64,000 bases of DNA, taken from Octopus sinensis (Eukaryota). The notes under the pieces were generated by a model. That model was not told the origin of the DNA. It saw only the letters and a program-made list of their open reading frames with translations, and did not search any database. Shown in pieces: positions 24,581 to 36,319 of this stretch. Location of the stretch: contig NC_043006.1 in assembly GCF_006345805.1 (NCBI RefSeq), positions 86,056,001 through 86,120,000 of the forward strand, written 5' to 3'. Within the stretch, counting starts at the first letter, position 1; every line of letters starts with the position of its first letter. The position numbers were made by a program, and so were the translations under genes.

Positions 24581-25070
24581 AACAAACAAGATGAGGACAA
24601 ATATTCGTCAAATGTGAATAATGGTAATAATAATAATAATAATAATAAGACCTGTATTTGTTTTGATATTAAAATTGAAAAAATTGACCTTATTTGTAAA
24701 ACAATTGGGCCTGAGTTTGCACTCTCTAAGCAAATTTTGTTCCTGGCTTTAAAGCTTCCAATGTGTATATTCAGAGTGTGTGTCTAAAGTGTTAGTTTGT
24801 TTACATCCCTGTAGCTTGGCAGTTTAACAAAAAGAGACTGGTTTAAGTACCAGGTTTAAAAAAATATAAATACTGAAGTCAATTCATTTGACTTCAAGGT
24901 GGTGTCCCAGCATGGCCACAGTCTAATGATTGAAACAGATAAAAGATAAAATACACACACACACACTAAAGATGAAGTTAATGGTCTACCAAATTTATAA
25001 AGATTTTTAATAACTTATCTCACTCCTTTAGAAATATATTATTTGATTTTTAAAAAACTTATATTTTAAG

Positions 25071-25147
25071 CAACTGGCGCAAAAAATCTGGGAAAAGCAA
25101 TAACAATTCGCAGCCATTTGGAAAACTATATAATTCTCAGAGAAAAG
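25071..25147 (+). CDS. CCDC61: probable CCDC61-like exon
   Basis: tttaAG and GTattt; open frame NWRKKSGKSNNNSQPFGKLYNSQRK; phase 2 to 1 links 16150 to 26759. Confidence 0.6.
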
Positions 25148-26758
25148 GTATTTACCTGAATTTTATTATTCTGCTATTGGTTCCCTTTTCCCCTCCTATC
25201 AACACCTGGTATATTCCTACCTCCCTTTCTATTACTCGAAGACTTGATCAAAGGGGCTCTTTTTGCCTTGGTGATTTCACTAGTCACATGAAAGAAAGCA
25301 CTGATACATTCTGTAAAGTGGTTGGCGTTAGGAAGGGCATCTGGCCATAGAAACCATACCAAAGCCAGTATTGGAGCTCGATGTAGACCTCTGGCTTGTC
25401 AGATCCTGTTGAACCATCTAACCCATGCCAGTATGGAAGGACATTAAATAATGAAGACAATGATGATGATGATGACACACACCCAAAAGGTCATCTACCT
25501 AATTTCCTTTGCAAGGCACTGAGCAACTCATTTGCCCTAGGATAGAATCTGGAAGTGATTGCAAAGTGAATTTCTTAATCGTGCAGCCATACCTAGACTT
25601 ATTTCTTTCTTTGTGTAAGGAAGTCATCATCATAACCATCACCATCATGCTGATCATCATTATTGTTTTAAAGTCTATTTTCCTTGATAGCTTTGAATGG
25701 ATGGCTGTGCAGTGTTATATATTGCCATACTTCTCAATTCTGTGACATATTTGTCTATAAGTTTGAATGTTCTTTGACTAGAAGTTGCTTTATCTCTTTT
25801 GCCAAGAAAAGGATAATAATAAGGACTAATAATAAAGACAAGCTTTATAAATTAAAAGTGATATTGTCTAGGGCATCAAGGCATAGAAACCAAACCAAAT
25901 CAGACTAGAACCTGGTGCTGCTCTCTGACTTGCCAGCATGGAAAACAAACATTAAAGGTTGATGATGATGATAATGCTGATCATGATAATGATATATTAC
26001 CACTGCTTGAAACTGTCAGTCATCCCCTACTCACCTCTTCCTTCCTGTTCTTGTCTAGCATTGCTCATCCACCATTCACTACATCTGCCTTTCAACACTA
26101 CTGAATTTTTACAGTGGTTACCTACCTCCCTTCATCTGTTCCTTGTCTCTTATCCCCCATCACTCTTTTGCAGCCTCCATGCACCTATACTCCTGGCCCC
26201 TTTCACTCCCCTCATTTCTACCCACCTTGTACTTTTCAAGGTTCACCTCATCACCACTTTTTTATCTCTTCCTTGCTCCATCACAATCACCCCCACCCTC
26301 TCTTCTGAAATGTGAGTAGCCATGTAGCTCCTCTACAGCCTCAAACCTGCTCTGCTTTAGCCCTTGCTCTTATACTTTTACTCTTCATCTCCTAGCATAA
26401 AGCTACCCACTTTGGATTCATAGTCCTGCAAGCTGATTGATGATCTCACTTGTACTAGTGGCACAAAAAAAAAAAGAACCCAGTACATGTAAAGTAGTTG
26501 GTGTTAGGAAGGGCAGTCATCTGTAGAAACCATGCTATAGTAGACACTGGAGCATGATGCAGTCCTTGGGTTCCAACAGATCCTGTCAAACTATCCAACC
26601 CAGCTTGAAAGTGGAATGTGGATGTTAAATGAGATGATGATATAATTTTTGATTTGTATGTCTTTCCCTACATTTGTGTTGCCAACAACCAAAAGAAGTT
26701 TGTGTTGTTACTCTGACTCTAATATCTACATATCTCTACTAATTTCTTTCTTCTCCAG

Positions 26759-26828
26759 CTGATAGATCTGGCGAATCAAGTGATGGCGGTCATTCAGATT
26801 GTTCTTCATCTTCATATTATAGAATCAG
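26759..26828 (+). CDS. CCDC61: probable CCDC61-like exon
   Basis: Strong polypyrimidine tract plus cAG, and GTaaga; DRSGESSDGGHSDCSSSSYYRI; phase 1 to 2. Confidence 0.7.
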
Positions 26829-26920
26829 GTAAGATTCATTTTGTTTTCGTGTACGTAATTCTTCTAAGGAAATATTCACAGGATTATACAGAAAATGTAT
26901 GTGCATGCTTGTGTTTGTAT

Positions 26921-26966
<46 letters not shown>

Positions 26967-28280
26967 CCAGTGCTTAGAACTCCATGTAAATCCATGTATA
27001 TCAAGATTCCAATCAAGTCTTAAGCATAGTTTGTCCTCCAGTTCTCTTTTGGTGTTATATACATCGAATAATTTACAGAGTGTATATCCAAGAGTAGAAT
27101 AAAATAAGAGATTTAGTTTGTATTTTTATCATGCCATTATAAATTATATAATCTTTATGTGTTTCACTAATAAATACTGGTATGCTCTGTGGTAATTGTT
27201 ATATAGATGATTACATAATCTCATTGATACACCATATCTTCAGAAGAAAATAATAATTTAAACGATTGTTATGTACTATTTTCTGAATCTGGTGTTTGAA
27301 TTGTTTACATAATGATTATCACATAACATACAAGTATTCACTAGTGAAACACATGTAAATATTATACAATTTATGACGTTATGATAAATAAAAAAATCTC
27401 CTGTTTCTTTTTGCTCTCAAATAATATGTTAATTTTGGATAAAATATCCCTTTCCAAGAAAAGGAAATATTTTGAATAGCATAGTCTGTTGGTTCTTGAT
27501 GCAGAAACGGCGAGTTAAGACACAGAACCAGTATGCCAAGCTAAGAAACATATTTCTCTCTTTAAACTTTTGAAAAAAAGTAATTTACCCAAAATATCAA
27601 GACCAATTAAATATCCCTAGGGTTTGGCATGCTGGGTGAAATGCTTAGCAGTATTTTGTCTGCCACTATGCTCTGAGTTCAAATTCCGCTGAGGTTGACT
27701 TTGCCTTTCATCCTTTTGGAGTCGATAAATTAAGTACCAGTGAAACATTGGGCTCGATGTAATTGGCTAGAACCTTCCCCACAAATTTCAGGCCTTGTGC
27801 CTATAATAGAAAGGATTATCATTATAGATATTTAATGTTTGATCAGTATGCTATTGTCCTCTATAACATTCTGATGTGTTTCCCTCTCTACCCGTCTTCC
27901 CCTCTAAATATATTTTGTACCAAAAGGGCATGTGAAGATAGAGCTTTGTGTACTCTTAGTGTACTTCTTACCAACAGGCAGTCAAACTTCATTTAAACAA
28001 CACACTAGTATCTTATGTAAAGTTCCATTAATACAGTATCCAATTGCTTGGCACTTTTTGTTGCTCTTTATTAGATTTGTTTCCTGCTGTCAGTTTGTAT
28101 TATACATGAGACATGTTTTTTTCTAAGATTTCATTGTTCAGAGTTAGGTTTGCACATCATGCATGCTTATTATATGCAGATAAATATGGGATAGGTGGAT
28201 AGACAGAGAGAAGGACAGATAGACAGATGTGTGTGTAAAAAGGAGTATTTTACCCTAAATATCAAGAACAATTATATATA

Positions 28281-28630
28281 TCATCATCGTCATCATTTAA
28301 CATTCATTGTCCATGCTGGCATGGGTTGGATGGTCTGACTGGATTGGATGATCTGACTAGGCTGGCATGCTGGCTGGCTGCCCCAGATTCCAATCTGATT
28401 TGGCATTGTTTTCTATGGCTGACTGCCCTTCCTAATGCTAACCACTCTGAGAGTGTAATGGGTGCTTTTTTGTGCCACCAGCATGGGTGCCATTTGTGTG
28501 ACATCAGAGTGTGTTTGTGTGAGACTTTGCTTGGATTGATGGGTCTTCTTCTCAAGCACTACATAATGCCAAAGGTCTTGGTCATTGTCTCCGTGAGGCC
28601 CAACACTCGAAAGGAACTCACCCACTTTGC
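28281..28630 (-). mobile_element. degenerate RTE 3' end
   Basis: (cat)n tail, ccatgctggcatgggttgga, gcccttcctaatgc.aaccact. Confidence 0.75.
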
Positions 28631-28635
28631 CTCCA

Positions 28636-28783
28636 AGCCTTCAGTTCAATGTTAAATTGTTTTTATACATAATTTAACATAAAAATAAACATTTACATAC
28701 ATACATGCATGCTTGTATGTATGTAAATGCTTATTCTTATGTCAAGTTATGTATAAAAACAATTTAACATTGAACTGAAGGCT
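28636..28783. repeat. about 148-bp near-perfect palindrome
   Basis: agccttcagttcaatgttaaattgtttttatacataa ... ttatgtataaaaacaatttaacattgaactgaaggct, centred on catgcatg. Confidence 0.9.
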
Positions 28784-29178
28784 TATTCAATACTTTTTAG
28801 TACAGTACATACTTATTGTCTTTTACTAGAAAAAGGTTGACAGTAATTTCAATATTTTGGCTTGCTTTCCTTCATTAGACTGAAGAAGGCAAGCAAGCTG
28901 AAACTTTGAAATCCCTGTCATCTGTTTCCTGTAGAAGTTAATATACGTTGTAAGAATAAAAAATGGGGTGAAATTACATGATCTGGCTGTTTTGGTGACC
29001 ACAACAGATGGTTCTCATCTATCAACAATATAAATGAGTGGTTTTATGCATCACTAGTCCAATTGAGAGATTTTCTCAAGGTAAATAATACAGTATTGTG
29101 TCCTAACATAACATCCAAGTTGGAGATAAAGATTGCCTTTTTGTATTAATACTGTTTCTGTCACTATATATGTATATA

Positions 29179-29237
<59 letters not shown>

Positions 29238-29362
29238 ATAATAAGGGTAAATAATTTCTATAAAGGTTTTTAAAAAAACCACAATTATTTACTGGTAGAA
29301 TTCGGTATGTAAATATAGCCGATTACCGGCAGGAACTTCTGTAAAGTTCAGTATATATATTG

Positions 29363-31194
29363 TATATAAGAAAAAGGGACAGGCAACAGGTTGCTTGACC
29401 GCATACCGAAAAAATAGAAATAGCAGTCAAGAATGCTTATTTCTATCAAAGTGGGACTCCGGGCACGACAAACCCTGTAATTCACATATGCAAAACAGAA
29501 GGAATAGATATCGAAAACGAAGTCTGGTGGTTATCTGTGAACATCATGTTTCTGGATTATAAACATATTGAATATATATTTCATATATATTTTTGATATA
29601 TATTTCATATACATTGCATATATATTTCACATCCTTCTTCAGCACAGCTTTCCATTGAAATAGATTTATCATAGATTTATCAAATGCTACGTACCTCAAA
29701 CCTTCTGACCATGCGACAAAGCCCTTATTGTGTGTTAAAGACTTTTTAAAGTTTTTATTTGTTTGTGAGAGTTAATGTCCCAAAGTTGAATGAATCTAAA
29801 AGATTTCAAGGTTTTATATATATATATATATATATATTTTAAAATTAAGTATTCTACTCCCCATTAGTACTTGACCTAAGATGCAAGTTTTCCTTGCCAG
29901 AAATATTTCATATTTATGTTATTTTTTGTTTTATATAATATACAGATAAAGGGTGAATTAAAAGTCACACCTCATCACAGCATTCACCTACCTTTCCACT
30001 GCATTCATTAACACTCCCATCCAGTTTGACAGCCAAGGATATATGACTGGGAAATTAAAAGCTAGTCGGCGGCGAGCAGCTGAACTGCATTTTGACTTTC
30101 CTGTGGAATCTTTAATTTGTTTGCAGGATAGTGTTCTTGCATTTCACAAACATGGCATGCAAGGTAGGAGTTTCAAGGCTAATGAGGTAACTCAAGAGAT
30201 ATGTGACAAAACCAGAATATTTAAATTGCTGGGTTCTGTTAGAGTAATTATATTAGAAAGTCGACCAACTGACCAGCCTGACTCAGTGTCCAATCTTTAT
30301 GTGCTGGCTGGCCATGAAAACACCTATTAGAGGCTATTGCTACTAATCTACTATCTCCTGTATCTACCCCACTACTCACACCACTGCCTACCTGCCATTG
30401 AGTAATATCATCAAAATATCATCTACGGTGGCAGCATGGGTGGTGGCCGCTACGGCGGCGGTGACTTCAATGATGGCTACAACAACTTCGGAACTGGTTA
30501 CAGTTACGGAAATGGCGGCGGACCAACTCGTGGTGGTGGTGGTGGTTTCAACAGAGGTAGCGGCCCTTATGGTAGTGGCTACGGTAGTGGCAGTATGAGT
30601 GGTAGCAACTATCGGCGGTAATTTGCTTTTCTAAACGAACACAACCTTCATCACCAGCAATATCACATAAGCCTCTCCCACCAGAGGAAAAATATAGAGA
30701 AAATCAAATTCCACATCTTCCATCATCAATAGCAACATCCAACAGCAGCCAAGCCATCTCCTTCATCCACCTACATCTGTAACACAAAGCTGCAACACAT
30801 CGGGACTTCTACGGCCAGGTAATATCCCTGTCTGATGATATAAAACACTTCTCAGTACATTCTTTTGATGCCATTATATATATAATTTTATTATTTATCT
30901 TTTAGAATAATTGTACCTGCCAAAAAAAGAACAAACCAAAAAAAAAAAAAAAAAAAAAAAACATTTGATTACTATCATTTATTAAAAGCTAGTCGGCGGC
31001 GAGCAGCTGAACTGCATTTTGACTTTCCTGTGGAATCTTTAATTTGTTTGCAGGATATTTTCATTAAGAAAGCGAGCAAAGGCTAAACCTACATAGACGT
31101 TTGAATTCGTAAATCTTCCCTCCAAAATTTTGCCATGCGCACTACAAAAATAGTTCCATAGGAGTAGGAACTATTGGGTTGCCTGTCCCTTTTT

Positions 31195-31202
<8 letters not shown>
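29363..31202. mobile_element. 1.8-kb unit bounded by 25-bp inverted repeats
   Basis: tatataagaaaaagggacaggcaac (29363-29387) vs gttgcctgtccctttttcttatata (31178-31202); TA-rich flanks; no transposase seen. Confidence 0.55.
30425..31057 (+). pseudogene. hnRNP A/B-family (A1/A2/A3-like) glycine-rich C-terminus plus 3'UTR fragment
   Basis: YGGSMGGGRYGGGDFNDGYNNFGTGYSYGNGGGPTRGGGGGFNRGSGPYGSGYGSGSMSGSNYRR*, with an M9/PY-NLS-like R-x-PY. No RRMs. A-tract at 30921-30961. Confidence 0.7.
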
Positions 31203-31234
<32 letters not shown>

Positions 31235-31663
31235 CATTGTTATCAAAAGACTGCACACACACACACGACTCTGTACATATTTGATTACATATGCAGTGGA
31301 TGATCTTTTAGTCTCAGTATATCTATTTGTAAATATAACTTGCAAAAATCTCTGTTTTCAGAACCAGGCAACTGAGATCCTTTTGGGTAACAAAAACATA
31401 TTTGGAATAAGTATTTTTATGCACTTGATTTGAGTTAAAGAGAAATATGTCATATTTTGATATTTATACCTCTTCAAATTCTGCTGAGGTCGATTTTGTC
31501 TTTCATCCTTTTGGCGTCAATAAATTAAGTACCAATTGCATGCTGGGATTAATCTAATTGACTGGCCCTCTCCCCCAAAATTTTGGGCCTTGTACCTAGT
31601 GTAGGAAAAAATATTTATACCTCTTGTTTCTTTAAACTATTACAAATTTAATTTATTCTTCAG

Positions 31664-31709
31664 GCACAGACCCTCTGCAAAATATGTCCATGCTCATTGC
31701 CCCAAGGAA
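31664..31709 (+). CDS. CCDC61: probable CCDC61-like exon
   Basis: ttcttcAG and GTAAGT; HRPSAKYVHAHCPKE; phase 2 to 0. Confidence 0.62.
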
Positions 31710-32899
31710 GTAAGTAAATATTTTCAAATTTTCATTAAAAATACTGATAACCCTGAAGACACACAAACAAGACTCACATTGGAGTATTGCTCTAAAGTAG
31801 TCATGGGGAAAAGCAGTCCCCATTACTTTCCAAATGGCATGCCTAGCAATAAATTACACTGAGTTTTTTAGCCTGATGATGGACCATGTCTCATGTGGCC
31901 CACTTCTCCAAAGAAAAAAAAAAGGATTACCCATGCCTGCTCTGCAGTAAAGGGCATTATTGTTTCTACTGCACACAGACACTCTATACCAGTCAACAGA
32001 CTGGCAAAGATTCAGTGATCAACATGCTTTAAACCTTTAGCTTTCAAATTACCTTTTCAAATGCAATGCTTATTCATTCATATTATTTTCAATTAATCAT
32101 GCATTATCTTGAAACTTCAAGAATATGATGATGTGATTGTTTATCTTTAAAATAACAATTGGAAAGATATGGCCTCTTACACCATATCTGGCCAATTTGA
32201 ATATAAAACAAGTAGAATATTTGGGCCAGAGGTAGCTAATTTAAATGCTAAAGAGTTAAACACTGATTCATAGATGCATGTTTATCTGTCACTTCTGTTG
32301 TTACTATAGTAACCTATGTATTCTGACCTTGTGAGCTCCATACCTTCTCCACCTAAGCCTATTTTACCCACTTATCTTTTCTTCAATTGTTGTCTACATA
32401 GAGGAATCATTGAGTAATCATTTTATTACCATAGTCCAGTCAAATTAATAAGTTCATTCATATTGCTTACACTGCATTTTTGCTGATTACTGTTATTCAA
32501 TATTTGCACTTTAAAGTGCATTATGAAGTTGAAAAAGCAAAAAGCCTCCTTGGCATAATTGACTGATATATTTCACATCCTAACAGATGGAGAGTTCATT
32601 CCAATTGAGTGGTAGCATATACATCTTAGATTTTGTTCTAAAAATAGCTAAAAGTTGATTTTTTGATCTTACTGGACAAAGGATAGGCATAGTTCAGAAG
32701 ATCTAGGTTATGTTACTATTCCACTCTTTTGGTAGTGCCGATTAACTTTTTACAAGTCTGCCATTACTTTCCATCTTATTCACTATGTCCATAACACATT
32801 CTTCTATGTCCTTATTCAACCCACTTGGCCAAACTGATTAGTTATTTATGCTTACAAGTCTGCCCCTACTATTTTTACTATGTGTGTGTGTGTGAATTC

Positions 32900-33563
32900 T
32901 GCCATAATCCTTGCCTTCAGTTCATCTTTGGTGTTACAAGGAGTTTTGTTGGTCTCTTGCTCAACTGCACCCCACACAATAATCAGTGGGGTTGCAAGTC
33001 TGGGGAGTTAGGTGGTCAGATGTTAGGAGTGATTGTGTGACAGAAATTGTCTGACAGCCAAAACTTGGTTCTCCTGCTTGTGTGGCATGGTAGAATCCTG
33101 TTGACAGACATAGGATCTTCCAGAAGCCACCCTCTTGACCCAGGACAGCACTACCTCCTCCAGGCATTTGATGTAGGCTTCTGCGTTGAGTCTGAAGCTG
33201 TGTGGAAAGATGAATGGAGGCATAACATCACCATCACTAGTGATCACTCTAAACACCATGATGTTGACTGGATGTTTGGTTTTTATCACTTTCTGTACAT
33301 GCTTTGGGGACATGGCAAGTCCTTTGATTGACAATCAAACACTCTGAAATGTTTGTATTGGAGCTTCCAGCACAAATGCCAAGCAGTACAGTATGTGATT
33401 TCCAAATTTCTTGCAGAGTGAACTGTGTGATGATGCTGTTTTTCTCAAAGACAGTACCCAACTGACCCTACTATACTGTGTTGTCAACAAAATCAAAAAC
33501 AAACAATGCATATGCGTGAAATTAAAATACAAAATGGCGACAATTTACCCATTGCACCTTGTA
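32900..33563 (-). mobile_element. internally deleted Tc1/mariner-superfamily (maT/DD37D-like) transposon
   Basis: KTKHPVNIMVF.VITSDG..MPPFIFP...YIKCLEEVVL.W...QQDS.PH, then a frameshifted PPNSPD-like motif; terminus TACAAGGTGCAATGGGTAAATTGTCGCC. Confidence 0.75.
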
Positions 33564-33575
33564 TGTATATATATA

Positions 33576-34732
33576 CAGGGGTTGGACAAAATAATGGAAA
33601 CACCCAGCATCATAGCATCAAAATTTTGAAATATCTATAAAACTGTCAAAAGCTTGTTTATTTTTATGTGTTTTGATTTATTATTAGTGTTACTTAATAT
33701 GTTTTGCTAAGATTGCTGTTTCTTTTTAGATATCATCAGAAAAAGGTAATTAAAATTCATTAAAATGACAGATTTATCAGACTTTCAAAGAGGTCAAATT
33801 GTTGGTGCTTGTATGACAAAGTAATGACAGCCTTTGAGAAAGAGGGAAAAAACCTCCTTGTTGAAACAAAACACTGGAAGAAAGCAAAAACCGATAGGGA
33901 CCGTCGGACTCTTATGCAAATTGTTAGAAAGGATCACAAAGGTACAGCTCCCCAAATTACTGCAGAGCTTAATGACCACCTCGAGAACCCAGTTCGCTGG
34001 GAGTTGCACAAAGCCGGATTTCATGAGATGGCTGCAATCAAAAAACCACTACTTTCAAAAACAAACGTTGCAAAGCATTCAGAGTGGAGTAAAAACCTAT
34101 AGAATTGGTCCCTAGAGCAGTGGGAGAATGTTATTTTCTCAGACAAGTCATCCATTACCCTATTTATGATCACTGGCTGAGTATATGTGTGAAGACAGTC
34201 AAAAGAAGCATTTGACCCAGACTGCCTTCTTCCAACTGTTAATCATGGAGGAGGATCTGTGATGATCAGGTGGGCTATATCTTGGAAATTCACTGGCCCA
34301 ATGGTTTTCCTTCATGGCAGAATTAATAGTCAAGTCTATTTAAGCATTTTATCTGATCAAATCCATCCTATGGTTGTGGAACAGTTTCTGGAAGGAAACA
34401 CAATCTTTCAGGATGATAATGCACCAATTCACATAGCTAAAGTTGTTACTGAATGGCACGAGGACCATTCTAGTGGAGTTGAACATCTTATCTGGTCACC
34501 ACAGTCCCCAAATCTCAATAATATTGAACATTTATGGTGCATTTTAGTAAAAGAACTGGAGACAGTTTTAGCTGAAGAATGGACAAAAATTCCTTTGGGA
34601 CAATTTAAACTTTGTACTAGTCTATACCTCATAGAATGCAAGCTGGAATTACTGCCAAACGCAGTCCTACCCCATATTAAAATAAATTTGTTTGAAATTT
34701 TAAGGTGTTTCCATTATTTTGTCCAATCCCTG
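33576..34732 (+). mobile_element. Tc1-like transposon, both TIRs present, transposase pseudogenised
   Basis: TIRs CAGGGGTTGGACAAAATAATGGAAACACC / GGTGTTTCCATTATTTTGTCCAATCCCTG with a left TA; motifs FQDDNAPIH and WSPQSPNLNNIEHLW. Confidence 0.92.
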
Positions 34733-34763
34733 TGTATATATATGTATATATATATGTATATAT

Positions 34764-35915
34764 GAGTAAGAATAGCCTGGGCAAAGTTTAGAGAGCTCTT
34801 ACACCTGCTGGTGACAAAATGCCTCTCGCTCAAAGTAAAAGGCAGACTGTATGATGCATGTGTACGTACAGCCATGCTACATGGTAGTGAAACTTGGGCT
34901 GTAACTGCTGAGGATTTGCGTAAGCTCGCAAGAAATGAAGCTAGTATGCTCCGATGGATGTGTAATGTCAGTGTTCATAATCGACAGAGTGTAAGTACCT
35001 TGAGAGAAAAGTTGGACCTAAGAAGCATCAGTTGTTGTGTGCAAGAGAGACGTTTGCGCTGGTATGGTCATGTGACGAGAATGGATGAAGATAGTTGTGT
35101 GCGAAAGTGCCACACCCTGGCAGTTGAGGGGACCTGTGGAAGAGGTAGACCCAGGAAAACCTGGGATGAGGTAGTGAGGCACGACCTTTGAACTTTAGGT
35201 CTTACCAAGGAAATGACGAGAGACCGAGACCTATGGAAGTATGCTGTGCGTGAGAAGACCCGGCAAGACCAGTGAGAACAGTCAAAATCAAAATCAAACC
35301 AAATCAAATCAGATATCAGAAAGCAGAACCAAAATTGAGGTTGATCAACATAAGTGGAAATTGCAGCTGTGGTTAAGCAAACCATCCGATCGTGGCCGTT
35401 GCCGGAGCCGCCCTGTCTGGCCTCCGTGCCGGTGGCACGTAAAAGCACCATCTGTTCGTGTCCGTTGCCAGCCTCGCCTGGCCCCCGTGCCGGTGGCACG
35501 TATAAGCACCATCCGTTCATGTCCGTTGCCAGCCTCGCCTGGCCCCCGTGCCGGTGGCACGTAAAAGCACCATTCGTTCGTGTCCATTGCCAGCCTCGCC
35601 TGGCCCCCGTGCCAGTGGCACGTAAAAGCACCATCCGTTCGTGTCCGTTACCAGCTCCGTCTGGCCCCTGTGCCGGCGGCACGTAAAAGCACCATCCGTT
35701 CGTGGCCGTTTGCCAGCTCCGTCTGGCACCTGTGCGGATGGCACGTAAAAAGCACCCACTACACTCACGGAGTGGTTGGCGTTAGGAAGGGTATCCAGCC
35801 GTAGAAACACTGCCAGATCAGACTGGGCCTGATGTGGCCTTCCGGCTTCACAGACCCCAGTTGAACCGTCCAACCCATGCTAGCATGGAAAGCGGACGCT
35901 AAATGATGATGATGA
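34764..35915 (+). mobile_element. 5'-truncated RTE copy, second subfamily, with about 6 tandem 62-bp 3'UTR units
   Basis: ORF 34811..35191 has a premature stop; units ggcacgtaaaagcaccatccgttcgtgtccgttgccagcctcgcctggcc span about 35380-35750; (GAT)n tail. Confidence 0.92.
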
Positions 35916-35935
35916 TATATATATATATATATATA

Positions 35936-36319
35936 CTAGCAGTATCGCCCGGCGTTGCTCAGGTTTGTAAGGGAAATAACTATAAAGCATTTTTAGAGAG
36001 TTATAGCCAAAAAATAGCAAAAAAATGGAAAAAAAATGATGGTAAATTTTTTTTGAGAGTTAAAAAAGGTGGAGTTGCGTCCCCTAGACGGTCTGTGGTT
36101 TGGGTTTATGATTCTCGACCCCATGTCGAATTTATCGATTTTTTTCACAACTGGGGGAACTTTTCAAAATTTTCGCTGCGTTAGTTTTGAATTATGACAT
36201 TGGGCTGTGTGTGTGTCAAGTTTCATCAGAATCGGTTGAAACCCGTGGTCAGAGTGAGGGTATGAGAAAACAGACACACAGAAAATGCACAGACAAACTG
36301 CCGTTTATATAGAGAGAGA
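35936..36319 (-). mobile_element. non-autonomous Helitron
   Basis: Minus strand begins TC(TCTCTCTATATAAA) and ends with hairpin cctgagcaacgccggg then CTAG; inserted between A and T with no TSD. Confidence 0.8.

Larger units (their letters stand above)
22851..24648 (+). mobile_element. Penelope-like retroelement (RT and GIY-YIG pseudogene, 3' pseudo-LTR)
   Basis: LPKIHK..LRPIVS, SLDVISLFT, GLAMGSPLSP and YVDDT motifs, a decayed C.CGR..GET...EH endonuclease, frameshifts and stops, and a (TAA)n end. Confidence 0.9.

Noticed and set aside
30398-30598. Val/Ala-rich 66-aa ORF
   Set aside because: Alternate frame of the Gly-rich hnRNP-like fragment.
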